A stretch of 64,000 nucleotides of DNA from the NCBI GenBank assembly GCA_017558505.1, contig JAFYUM010000011.1, positions 13,439 through 77,438 on the forward strand. Reading direction: 5' to 3'. The DNA is from Ruminococcus sp. (GTDB taxonomy: Bacteria > Bacillota > Clostridia > Oscillospirales > Ruminococcaceae). A program made the translations under genes and the position numbers. Positions 31,012 to 39,527 of the stretch are shown here, in pieces (the first letter of the stretch is position 1; every line of letters begins with the position of its first letter). Under the pieces are notes generated by a model. That model was not told where the DNA came from, searched no databases, and saw only the letters and a list, made by a program, of their open reading frames with translations.

Positions 31012-31085
31012 GCGCCTTTAACTCAGCTGGATAGAGTAACTGCCTTCTAAGCAGTAAGCCGCTGGTTCGAATCCAGCAAGGCGCG
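31012..31085 (+). tRNA. tRNA-Arg(TCT)
   Basis: Acceptor GCGCCTT/AAGGCGC; anticodon arm ACTGC-CT-TCT-AA-GCAGT; no encoded CCA. Confidence 0.95.
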
Positions 31086-31093
31086 CTATATAT

Positions 31094-31168
31094 GGTGGGT
31101 GTAGCTTAGCTGGTTAAAGCGTCGGATTGTGGTCCCGAAGATCGTGGGTTCGAATCCCATCTCCCACC
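31094..31168 (+). tRNA. tRNA-His(GTG)
   Basis: G-1 plus GTGGGTG acceptor, anticodon loop TT-GTG-GT, GGTTCGAATCC T arm, C discriminator. Confidence 0.92.
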
Positions 31169-31180
31169 CTCATGAAACAG

Positions 31181-31208
31181 ACACTTTCGATTTTCGAAAG
31201 TGTTTTTT
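31181..31208 (+). terminator. Terminator after the tRNA operon
   Basis: ACACTTTCGA-TTT-TCGAAAGTGT followed by T-run. Confidence 0.8.
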
Positions 31209-31299
31209 GCTTTTGGGATACTTTTTATGTCTGACTGTTCAGAGTATGCCTGATGGCTTTGTGCTGAATTATATTATTAAAACGGAGGTTGAACTGACA

Positions 31300-33111
31300 A
31301 TGATGAAAACTGACAGTAAACCGCAGAACAGACTTAATATACCTATATGGATATTATGCTTTTTGAGCCTGATTTTAGTTTTTATTGTAGAAACAGAAAA
31401 ATTCTTTCCGCTGGATTCTCCTATGTTAGGTCATGATGCAAGCTATCATTATTTAAGGGTTGACGCATTGGCAGAAAGGATAAAAAGCGGAAATATACTT
31501 TCTGGAGGAATAGATTATCTCTTTCTTGATGGTCTTGGATATGCAAGCTCGCTTGCTTATCCTGATGTGATGCTGTACATTCCGGCATTTATGAGAGCTG
31601 CAGGGTGCGGCATCGGAGAAAGCATGGCAATTTTTCTGATGGTGTGTAATACCTTGTTTCTTATATCATCATTCTGGTGTACATACAGAATTTCAAAGTC
31701 GCCTGTGTGTGCAGCTGTTGCCACGGTGATTTTCTCAACCTCTTTTTATAGAAGTGACAATTTGTACACACGATTTGCCCTTGGAGAGGTTCAGGCTTTT
31801 ATTTTCTGGCCCTTAATCATATATGGTCTTTATGATTTCATTTTTGAAGATTTTAAAAAGCCATATGTTTTAGGTCTGGGAATTGTAGGAATGCTTTTCA
31901 CACATACAATATCAACGGCTCTGGCGGTTATTATGTGTGTCTTTATATGCCTTATATATATAAAGCGAATTATTAAATCCCCTAAAAATATATTAAAGCT
32001 TGCAGTAACAGCAGTTTGTGTTCTTGCGGTTACTTCGTTTTATTGGATACCGCTTCTTGAGCTTATGAGTTCCTGTGAACTTACAGTAAAGCATCCTATA
32101 GATAAGGCTTCAAAGTATACAGTTGAATTTATGACATTATTTAAGGATGTAAGCATAGGATACGGCAATGCCGGTCTGGGCATATTGATTTTTGCAGTTT
32201 GCGGTATAAGAGTGTTTGTAAAGCCGCAGGGTAAGAAAGCTGATACATCGCAGGATGTGCTACGGAAAAGGGAACTTCTTAAATTTGCAGATGTCTGCCT
32301 GATTCTTGCATTTGTATTTGTATTCATGACTGTAAAAACTCCTGCCTGGAAACTGCTTGCACCGCTGCTTGATTTTATGCAGTTCCCATGGAGAATGTTT
32401 GCGGTAGTTACCCTGCTTATCTCAATTGCAGTTGCCATATACGCTCATCTGATTGCAACTACTTTCAGAAGTAAGATGCTTCTTCCGCTGGTTGCTTCAT
32501 CTGTATTCATTCTGAATGTTGCAGTACATATGCATAACGTAGGTGCAGCCAGTCACGTATTACTACCATATAATGATGATTACTTTACGGGAAATCCCCA
32601 GGCAACATATAGTATAGGATATGGCGAATGGCTTCCATGGAGCGCTAAAAACTCCATGGATACATTAAAGCAGAATACACGTAAGGTTACTTCGAATGAC
32701 GGAACGGAACTGAAATACGAAAAGAAAAGCGATTATCTTGTATTTTCGCCTGATAAAGCATATGAATATGTAGTTGTTCCTTATATATGGTATAAAGGCT
32801 ATGCTGCATACGATGAGGGCGGAAATGAATATACGACTTCAATTTCTGATATCGGATTTGTCAAGGTAGAGTTGAATGGAAGAGAAGCTGATGGGGATAT
32901 TCGTGTAGAATATCGCTTTACCCCATTGAGAAAGGTTTCTGTTGCAATAAGCATTGTAACATCTGTACTTGTGCTTGCCTATTTCGTTACAGCAAGGATT
33001 AGAAAAAATAAAAAAACTGATGATAAAATGAAAGAAAATAACATAGAAAATTCAGAAGACACAAAAGAGGAAAATATATCTGTTGAGATTCATCAGGCAG
33101 AGGAAATATAA
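31300..33111 (+). CDS. Polytopic membrane protein, GT-C-fold glycosyltransferase-like (YfhO/PTPS-related type)
   Basis: GHDASYHYLRV, RFALGEVQAFIF, QFPWRMF, many TM helices, extracellular C-terminal domain; GGAGG RBS before 31300. Confidence 0.7.
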   Translation: MMKTDSKPQNRLNIPIWILCFLSLILVFIVETEKFFPLDSPMLGHDASYHYLRVDALAERIKSGNILSGGIDYLFLDGLGYASSLAYPDVMLYIPAFMRAAGCGIGESMAIFLMVCNTLFLISSFWCTYRISKSPVCAAVATVIFSTSFYRSDNLYTRFALGEVQAFIFWPLIIYGLYDFIFEDFKKPYVLGLGIVGMLFTHTISTALAVIMCVFICLIYIKRIIKSPKNILKLAVTAVCVLAVTSFYWIPLLELMSSCELTVKHPIDKASKYTVEFMTLFKDVSIGYGNAGLGILIFAVCGIRVFVKPQGKKADTSQDVLRKRELLKFADVCLILAFVFVFMTVKTPAWKLLAPLLDFMQFPWRMFAVVTLLISIAVAIYAHLIATTFRSKMLLPLVASSVFILNVAVHMHNVGAASHVLLPYNDDYFTGNPQATYSIGYGEWLPWSAKNSMDTLKQNTRKVTSNDGTELKYEKKSDYLVFSPDKAYEYVVVPYIWYKGYAAYDEGGNEYTTSISDIGFVKVELNGREADGDIRVEYRFTPLRKVSVAISIVTSVLVLAYFVTARIRKNKKTDDKMKENNIENSEDTKEENISVEIHQAEEI

Positions 33112-33236
33112 ACAGGCGTGTCGCAATAATTTTGATGTTCCTGTGGCTATATTCTTTTTATAGAGAATTGAGAGCAGATTTATCAAGAGGTTTATATATC
33201 GTAAATATTATATAAAGTTTCGGAGTTTTTTATGGT

Positions 33237-33285
33237 ATGCCGAATTGATTGAGAAGTAAATTCTTGATTAATTCGGCATTTTTTG
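33237..33285 (+). terminator. Strong terminator insulating the rSAM cluster
   Basis: 19-bp stem ATGCCGAATTGATTGAGAA/TTCTTGATTAATTCGGCAT whose three mismatches are all G-U on the plus strand, followed by T-run. Confidence 0.8.
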
Positions 33286-33320
33286 TTTGCTCAATATTGT
33301 AAAAATAGAGTTAAAATACT

Positions 33321-33391
33321 GTTTACTCCCTTTTTTATATCGTTTACTCTCTGTTTGTTGTAAATATACGAATAAGATGATATCATATAAT
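33321..33391 (+). promoter_or_regulatory. Activator-dependent (LytTR-type) promoter of the RiPP operon
   Basis: GTTTACTC at 33321 and 33342 (21-bp period), 36 nt, then TATAAT at 33386-33391; no -35 consensus. Confidence 0.72.
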
Positions 33392-33453
33392 CACAGAATA
33401 AATGTCATACGGATTTCACAAGAAATACTAACTGAATGAAAATGGAGGATGAA

Positions 33454-34749
33454 ATGAATTTATTTGAAGAAAAAGTTGCGTTTGCAGGATATGTAAGAAT
33501 TTACAATAGAGAGAAACGTACTCTTATTGCCAGTACTGAAAATAACAAATGCATTATGGTGAGCAGGGAAATATCCGATATTTTTAAACAGGCCGAAAAA
33601 GAAAACCTTACTTTTGGTGAACTGTTTGATAGCGTTGAAGACGAAGCATCACGTGAACTTTTAGTTCATCTCAGTGAGAAACTTCAAAGTTTGGCAATGT
33701 GGAAGCATATTGAAGATGAGCTCGAAAAAATCCCGAGAAGTGAAGTGTCTATTGATATAACAAACAATTGTAATCTCAGATGTAAGCATTGTTGTATATC
33801 GGCAGGAGATAATAAAAGAGGTTGTGATTTAACTACAAATGAGCTTTTAGAGCTCGCGGACAGAATTCTTCTGTTAAATCCCGCGACAATTTCCGTTTCT
33901 GGAGGTGAGCCTTTAGTCAGAAAGGATTTTAGAGAGTTCACTGATAGATTAAGAAGCAAATATAAAGGTACACTTATACTTATGACAAATGCGGTTCTTA
34001 TTAATAACGATGAGATTGCTAAATATCTTACAGATAATTATGATGGATTTGATATAAGTCTTGATGGATATGATGAAGAGACATGTGCTATGATAAGAGG
34101 CGAAGGTGTATTTGAAAAAGTGCTCAACGCTGTAAAGCTTTTACAAAAATATAATGGAAAAATAAGTCTGTCAATGGTTAAGACGAAGAAAACAGCTGAT
34201 AACATTATAAAATTTTCAGAGCTTTGTGAAAAACTGGGTGTGAAATCTCTTGTAAGATGTTTTGAACCAATGGGCAGAGGAGAAAAAAATAAGGATTTGT
34301 TTGAAATTAAAGAGGATCATACATGCGCTTGCGGTACGGATTGGACAAGGGAAAAAGATGTGTTCGAAAAAAAGAAAATGTATACAATAGCTCCGAACAT
34401 TTTTTCTTGTCATGGCGCTAAAACAGAGTTTCAGATAGATCAGAAGGGTGATGTATTCCCGTGTCCTATGTTTATGTCAATAGAATACAAACTTTTTAAT
34501 ATACTTGATATTGAAAATCCTGAAGAATTTATATCCGAAAAAAAATACATGGAATCAGACGGATATAAGAACTTCATGAAGTTTATGCCTTATAATTGTG
34601 ATAATTGTAAGGGTTGTGATAAGCAACTGTTTTGTTTTAGTTGTGCAGCAACTGTAAGAAAATGCGTTGAGGAGAATGATTTCGAATACTTCTGCAATGA
34701 ATGTGGAAAGTATTACGATATGTATTGGGAGAATCATGGGACTGTTTAA
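33454..34749 (+). CDS. Radical SAM/SPASM peptide maturase 1 with N-terminal RRE-like extension
   Basis: CNLRCKHC, SGGEPL, MTNA, ISLDG, MIRG, C...GDVFPC...CxxCxxCx5CxxC...C; about 90-aa beta/helical N-terminal domain; GGAGG RBS before 33454. Confidence 0.9.
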   Translation: MNLFEEKVAFAGYVRIYNREKRTLIASTENNKCIMVSREISDIFKQAEKENLTFGELFDSVEDEASRELLVHLSEKLQSLAMWKHIEDELEKIPRSEVSIDITNNCNLRCKHCCISAGDNKRGCDLTTNELLELADRILLLNPATISVSGGEPLVRKDFREFTDRLRSKYKGTLILMTNAVLINNDEIAKYLTDNYDGFDISLDGYDEETCAMIRGEGVFEKVLNAVKLLQKYNGKISLSMVKTKKTADNIIKFSELCEKLGVKSLVRCFEPMGRGEKNKDLFEIKEDHTCACGTDWTREKDVFEKKKMYTIAPNIFSCHGAKTEFQIDQKGDVFPCPMFMSIEYKLFNILDIENPEEFISEKKYMESDGYKNFMKFMPYNCDNCKGCDKQLFCFSCAATVRKCVEENDFEYFCNECGKYYDMYWENHGTV

Positions 34750-35737
34750 TATATGGCTTACTGAAGCTTGTAATCTTAAATGTACATATTGCTATGAAAG
34801 TAACAAAAGCATGAAGTATATGCAGAAAGATACCATTGAAAGAACAATAGAATTTATCTGTAGAAAAAGTGTTGGTATGGATAGTTGTATTATAAATTTT
34901 CATGGTGGAGAGCCTTTACTTGCATTTGATAACATTTTGTATTTTGTTTCGGAATTTAATAAACGTGGAGTTAGTGCAGTATATTCACTTACTACAAATG
35001 GCGTCTTACTTGATGAAGAAAAGATAAAAAGGTTTTATGAAAACAAGATTTATCTTTCATTAAGTCTTGATGGCAACGCTGAGGTAAATGATAAATGTAG
35101 AATATCCTGTGACGGAAAAGGGACATATGAAAAGGTAGCAGTAAAAATTCCATTAATAATGAAATATTACCCTGAACTTCGAATCAGGATGACAGTTACA
35201 CCGGAAACTTCAATTCATTTATTTGATTCAGTAAAACACATAAGTCAATTAGGCGGAAAACTTATTATTGCTGTTCCAGACCTTTATGATAATAAATGGA
35301 CGAAGGAACTTATAAACAACGTTGAAAAACAAGTAATTGATTTGTATAAAGAATTTAAAGATAGTGATACGGAATTTCTGTTTTTTGAAAAGCTTGAGAA
35401 TTGCAAAAAAGGTAAATGCGATGGCGGAATTAATGAGTTCAACATAAGCATAGAGGGAAAGCTTTATCCTTGTTCGTTTGTTACGGGTAATGATGACTAT
35501 CTCATAGGTAATGTTGTTGATGATGTTGATGAAGCTTTATTATCAAAATTCAGTGCTGTTTATGGAAAATCAAATTACACATGCAGTGGATGTGGACGTG
35601 AAGAAATATGTACCGCTTCAAGATGTAAGTTTGTAAATGCAATGATGACCGGAGATCCTTTAAAAGTACATCCTGTTATTTGTACTTTTGAACATATGAT
35701 CAATAACATTTCAAGAAAAATTAAAAATCAAGTATAA
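34736..35737 (+). CDS. Radical SAM/SPASM maturase 2, no RRE
   Basis: CNLKCTYC at residues 12-19, FHGGEPLL, TTNG, LSLDG, CDGG...GKLYPC, CxxCx5Cx4C...C; overlaps the end of rSAM1. Confidence 0.9.
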   Translation: MGLFNIWLTEACNLKCTYCYESNKSMKYMQKDTIERTIEFICRKSVGMDSCIINFHGGEPLLAFDNILYFVSEFNKRGVSAVYSLTTNGVLLDEEKIKRFYENKIYLSLSLDGNAEVNDKCRISCDGKGTYEKVAVKIPLIMKYYPELRIRMTVTPETSIHLFDSVKHISQLGGKLIIAVPDLYDNKWTKELINNVEKQVIDLYKEFKDSDTEFLFFEKLENCKKGKCDGGINEFNISIEGKLYPCSFVTGNDDYLIGNVVDDVDEALLSKFSAVYGKSNYTCSGCGREEICTASRCKFVNAMMTGDPLKVHPVICTFEHMINNISRKIKNQV

Positions 35738-35766
35738 AAATAAGCGTTAAAAGGATAGGATAATCT

Positions 35767-35997
35767 ATGAAAGTGGAAAGAATCGGGAATGCATATTTTA
35801 ATGAATTTGAAGGTATGGCGCAGAGTTGTTGGAATGAATGTGCTGAATACCGTGGTAAAACATCGATGATAAATACGCTTATAAGGAATGCGGGATTTAA
35901 GGGCGACGGAACCGATAAAGAAAAAGAAATGCTGGAGAAGGCTTTTGGAAGTTATTGCTGCAAAGAACGATCTCCGAAAACCAGTATGTTCTGGTGA
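35767..35997 (+). CDS. Putative RiPP precursor 1 (76 aa)
   Basis: NEFEGMAQ-SCWNECAEYRGKTS...GFKGD...FGSYCCKE.SPKTSMFW; own RBS; paralogy with three neighbours. Confidence 0.85.
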   Translation: MKVERIGNAYFNEFEGMAQSCWNECAEYRGKTSMINTLIRNAGFKGDGTDKEKEMLEKAFGSYCCKERSPKTSMFW

Positions 35998-36019
35998 GTA
36001 AACACAAGGAGAATTCGCA

Positions 36020-36250
36020 ATGAAGATTGAAAAAATAGATGAAGTATATATAAATGAGTTTGATGGAGAAGCACAGGGGTGTTTTGCAGATTGTGCAGAA
36101 TATCGTGGAAAAACATCGGGCGTTTATAAACAGCTTTCTGTTTCCGGGTATTATGGTGATGGATCAGACAGGAACACACAGGAGATAATTAAAGTATTCG
36201 GTAGTTATTGTTATAAGGAGTACTCGCCAAAAACCTGTATGTACTGGTGA
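36020..36250 (+). CDS. Putative RiPP precursor 2 (76 aa)
   Basis: NEFDGEAQ-GCFADCAEYRGKTS...GYYGD...FGSYCYKE.SPKTCMYW; AAGGAG RBS. Confidence 0.85.
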   Translation: MKIEKIDEVYINEFDGEAQGCFADCAEYRGKTSGVYKQLSVSGYYGDGSDRNTQEIIKVFGSYCYKEYSPKTCMYW

Positions 36251-36283
36251 TTATAGATATTAAATATTAAAGGAGGTGATATC

Positions 36284-36523
36284 GTGAAGATTGAGAGAAT
36301 TGAAAATGGATTTGTAAACGAATTTGAGGGCGAGGCACAGAACTGCTGGGATGATTGTACAGAGTACAGAGGCAAGACATCCGGAATTAATTCTCTGATC
36401 AGACGTGCAGGTTATAAGGGCGACGCTTCAAGATCAGACCTTAATCAACTTGCAGAAATCAAAGATGTTTTTGGCTACTACTGCTACAGAGAAAAGACAC
36501 CCAAGACAAGTATTTACCTTTAA
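36284..36523 (+). CDS. Putative RiPP precursor 3 (79 aa, GTG start)
   Basis: NEFEGEAQ-NCWDDCTEYRGKTS...FGYYCYRE.TPKTSIYL; AAGGAGGT RBS. Confidence 0.85.
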   Translation: MKIERIENGFVNEFEGEAQNCWDDCTEYRGKTSGINSLIRRAGYKGDASRSDLNQLAEIKDVFGYYCYREKTPKTSIYL

Positions 36524-36562
36524 TGGTAGATAAAATATAAAAATCTTAAGGAGGATAAAATT

Positions 36563-36802
36563 ATGAAAATTGAGAAAATTGAAAATGGATTTGTAAACGA
36601 ATTTGAGGGCGAAGCACAGAGCTGCTGGGATGATTGTACAGAGTACAGAGGCAAGACATCCGGAATTAATTCTCTGATCAGACGTGCAGGTTATAAGGGC
36701 GACGCTTCAAGATCAGACCTTAATCATCTTGCAGAAATCAAAGATGTTTTTGGTTACTACTGCTACAGAGAAAAGACACCCAAGACATGTATTTATTGGT
36801 AA
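36563..36802 (+). CDS. Putative RiPP precursor 4 (79 aa)
   Basis: 74 of 79 residues identical to precursor 3; ends PKTCIYW; AAGGAGG RBS. Confidence 0.85.
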   Translation: MKIEKIENGFVNEFEGEAQSCWDDCTEYRGKTSGINSLIRRAGYKGDASRSDLNHLAEIKDVFGYYCYREKTPKTCIYW

Positions 36803-36840
36803 TCCATTAAGAATAGGAGATATCAGTACATTTTACGGCA

Positions 36841-36867
36841 TACTGCACAAAGTTTATTTGTGCAGTA
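36841..36867 (+). other. Stem-loop after the precursor array, no U-tract
   Basis: TACTGCACAA-AGTTTAT-TTGTGCAGTA. Confidence 0.6.
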
Positions 36868-36895
36868 CTGCTGTAATAAAGTACTTGTAAAAAAT

Positions 36896-37837
36896 ATGAA
36901 ATATAATATAGCTATAATCGACAGCAGTGTTGATTATTCTCTTATCTCTGAAAAAAGCAGGGATAAAATCGTCACATATAATATGGTAGAACCCGAAGGC
37001 AATATGAGTCATGCAGCTTATGTTATAGATACTTTGTTTAAATATAGCAATAATATAAATAAAATCTATTTATATGATGTTTTCGGTGATAATCCGCGTG
37101 CAAGCGGCAGAGCTGTAATCAATTCTCTTGAAAAAATCGCAACACAGGATGATGTGCGCCTTATACTCGTTTGTCTTACTTTGGCAAATAAAGAGAGATT
37201 TGAAGAAACAAAAGAGATATGCAATTTACTTGCTGCTCAAAACAAGGTTATTATAGCATCATATGCAAATCGTGGAACAGATACTGATAATCATTATCCT
37301 GCATGTTTCGAATGTACGATAGGTGTATATCAGGGGGCTTATGAAAAAGAACCGTTTTTTGGTAAAATATCTGATAAATCTGATTTGCCTGGAGATGCAT
37401 CTCCGGAGTTTATTAAAACAGGAGAAAATCAATATGCTATATTTGGCGGTACAAGTAAAGCTGTTCCTAAGCTTGCTGCTTATATAATAAATATGTTTGA
37501 GGAAGACAATATAAACATCGACAAAGTGCTGGAATATCTTGCTCGGAAGAGTAATGATGAAGATGATAATATTCTTGAACTTTTAAAAAGCAATTGCGAA
37601 GGTTCTGTAAAGAATGAAAACAAAGCACTTAACAGAGAACTCTTTCAAAAATACAAAAAATATAATGATATATCAGATGAATGTGATGATGCATCAATAA
37701 TGCAGCTCGGAAACAATGCGGGTGAATATGTTTCAGAGGTTTTAAATGAATATAAATCTGATATGACTCCCGATATGCTTATGTGTAGAGATTTTTACAC
37801 CGTAAAGTCTTTGAGCAAATTTGTTGACAGGGGCTGA
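36896..37837 (+). CDS. Cytoplasmic S8 (subtilisin-like) peptidase with C-terminal ACP-like extension (start uncertain, 36860 or 36896)
   Basis: IAIIDS (Asp), SHAAYV (His), ASYAN (oxyanion Asn), YPA, GGTSKAVP (Ser); no signal peptide. Confidence 0.8.
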   Translation: MKYNIAIIDSSVDYSLISEKSRDKIVTYNMVEPEGNMSHAAYVIDTLFKYSNNINKIYLYDVFGDNPRASGRAVINSLEKIATQDDVRLILVCLTLANKERFEETKEICNLLAAQNKVIIASYANRGTDTDNHYPACFECTIGVYQGAYEKEPFFGKISDKSDLPGDASPEFIKTGENQYAIFGGTSKAVPKLAAYIINMFEEDNINIDKVLEYLARKSNDEDDNILELLKSNCEGSVKNENKALNRELFQKYKKYNDISDECDDASIMQLGNNAGEYVSEVLNEYKSDMTPDMLMCRDFYTVKSLSKFVDRG

Positions 37838-37841
37838 AAAA

Positions 37842-39527
37842 ATGAATAAAAGTAAAAACAGAAGTTTTTTTACTAAACTCAAAAATGTAGAAAGAAAATA
37901 CCATCTTGATATTTTCTGGTGTATTTTGAAAAAATTCAAAAAATATTATTTCATAGCCATGGTTATTGCACTTCTGAAATCGGTAACAGGATACGCAGCT
38001 CCGCTTATAAATATCCTGATAATTGACCATGGTATCGGAAAAAAGAATATTAATTTGTTATTGCTTGCGGTTATGCTCATGATAGCATTATATGTGATAT
38101 GTGAGGTAATTGCTTATATTGATACAAAATTCAATATGTTTTTTCGATATAAAATCGAATTATTTGTAAAAAAGAAAGTAATATCATATTGTATATACAA
38201 CAGTTTTTCTGAAAATTCGTCTGGAGAATATGAAACATTAATAACAAGCGATTCAGAAAGAGTTGTTTCTCTTTCTTTGTCGCTTTTTTCAAGCATAGCT
38301 CTTAGTCTGTTTAATACCATAACATCATTGGTTGTACTTTTGAAAATACAGCCTCTGCTATCAATCCCGGCTGTTATTATGCAGGTTGTCATGGTTCTTA
38401 TTCGTCTTAAAACTTCAAATATAGAAGAGAAAAACGGTTCGATGGCAAGAGAAAGCTTTGTTAAGTTATGGTCTGTAATAACTGAATTGGTTAATAATAT
38501 AAGAAATATAGCTATTCTTGGTGCAGGTAGATATGCAGAAAAACGTTTTGAAAATGCGATGAAAAATGATTATAATGTAAGAAGCAGAAATAATTTGTTT
38601 AGTACTAAGATATGCAGTTTTGTTTCAGTTGGAATGTCTGCTTCAACTTGTATTCTTCTTGCATTAGGTGGTATATTAGTTATATTGGAAAAGATGACGG
38701 TGGGAAAACTTGTAACATTTAATCAGTATGCAGGTAATTTGTCAACACCGTTGCTTGAACTATTTACTATACCTACTGATATGAGTGCAGAGCTTGCATC
38801 TCTTGATCGCGTGGCACATATATTCAATTACAAATATGATAAGGATATAAATCAACTTAAACACGTTTCGAGTATTAAGGTAGATAAATTGTCATTTTCA
38901 TATGGTGAGAAGAAGATTCTTGAAAATGTAGTGGCTGAATTTGAAAAAGGAACCAAGTATTATATAAGGGGCAAAAGTGGTTCAGGTAAGTCTACATTTA
39001 TTAATCTTATATCAGGCAGGCAGTCATATGAAAGCGGTGAGATTTTTTATGACGGAATTTCTCTTAAAGATATTGATGTAGAAAGTCGAATGGAACTTAT
39101 ATCTTTTGTTTCACAGGATGCGGTATTATTTAACGATTCTATAGAAAATAATATAATACTTGATCTAGAATATAATAAAGAAAAATTAGAAAAAGTATGT
39201 AAATGTTGCAGAATTTATGATGATATAATAAATCTTCCGGACAGCTTTTCAACTATGGTTTCGGAGAATGGCATTAATTTTTCCGGTGGACAGAAAAGCA
39301 GACTTTGTTTAGCAAGAGCGTTGTATCAAGAGAAACCAATAATTATTATAGATGAAGTAACGGCAGGTCTTGATAGTGACACCGAAAGTGAACTCCGTGA
39401 CAATCTTGTTAATGAATTATCGGACAAAATTACGTTGATAATTACGCATAGCAATAATTTTGTTATGTTGAATTCTGTAATTTATTACCTGAATAAAAAT
39501 CATCTCAATGTAAAGGAGAATACATAA
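37842..39527 (+). CDS. ABC exporter (TMD+NBD) without C39 peptidase domain
   Basis: 6-TM N-terminus, GKSGSGKST, FSGGQ, IIIIDE. Confidence 0.9.
   Translation: MNKSKNRSFFTKLKNVERKYHLDIFWCILKKFKKYYFIAMVIALLKSVTGYAAPLINILIIDHGIGKKNINLLLLAVMLMIALYVICEVIAYIDTKFNMFFRYKIELFVKKKVISYCIYNSFSENSSGEYETLITSDSERVVSLSLSLFSSIALSLFNTITSLVVLLKIQPLLSIPAVIMQVVMVLIRLKTSNIEEKNGSMARESFVKLWSVITELVNNIRNIAILGAGRYAEKRFENAMKNDYNVRSRNNLFSTKICSFVSVGMSASTCILLALGGILVILEKMTVGKLVTFNQYAGNLSTPLLELFTIPTDMSAELASLDRVAHIFNYKYDKDINQLKHVSSIKVDKLSFSYGEKKILENVVAEFEKGTKYYIRGKSGSGKSTFINLISGRQSYESGEIFYDGISLKDIDVESRMELISFVSQDAVLFNDSIENNIILDLEYNKEKLEKVCKCCRIYDDIINLPDSFSTMVSENGINFSGGQKSRLCLARALYQEKPIIIIDEVTAGLDSDTESELRDNLVNELSDKITLIITHSNNFVMLNSVIYYLNKNHLNVKENT

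Noticed and set aside
31129-31299. N-terminal extension of the 660-aa ORF
   Set aside because: Overlaps tRNA-His and its terminator; the RBS supports ATG at 31300.
33454-39527. Quinohemoprotein amine dehydrogenase (qhp) operon or SCIFF/thermocellin locus
   Set aside because: No heme-binding alpha or beta-propeller subunits; precursors lack the six-Cys SCIFF motif and are four paralogues.
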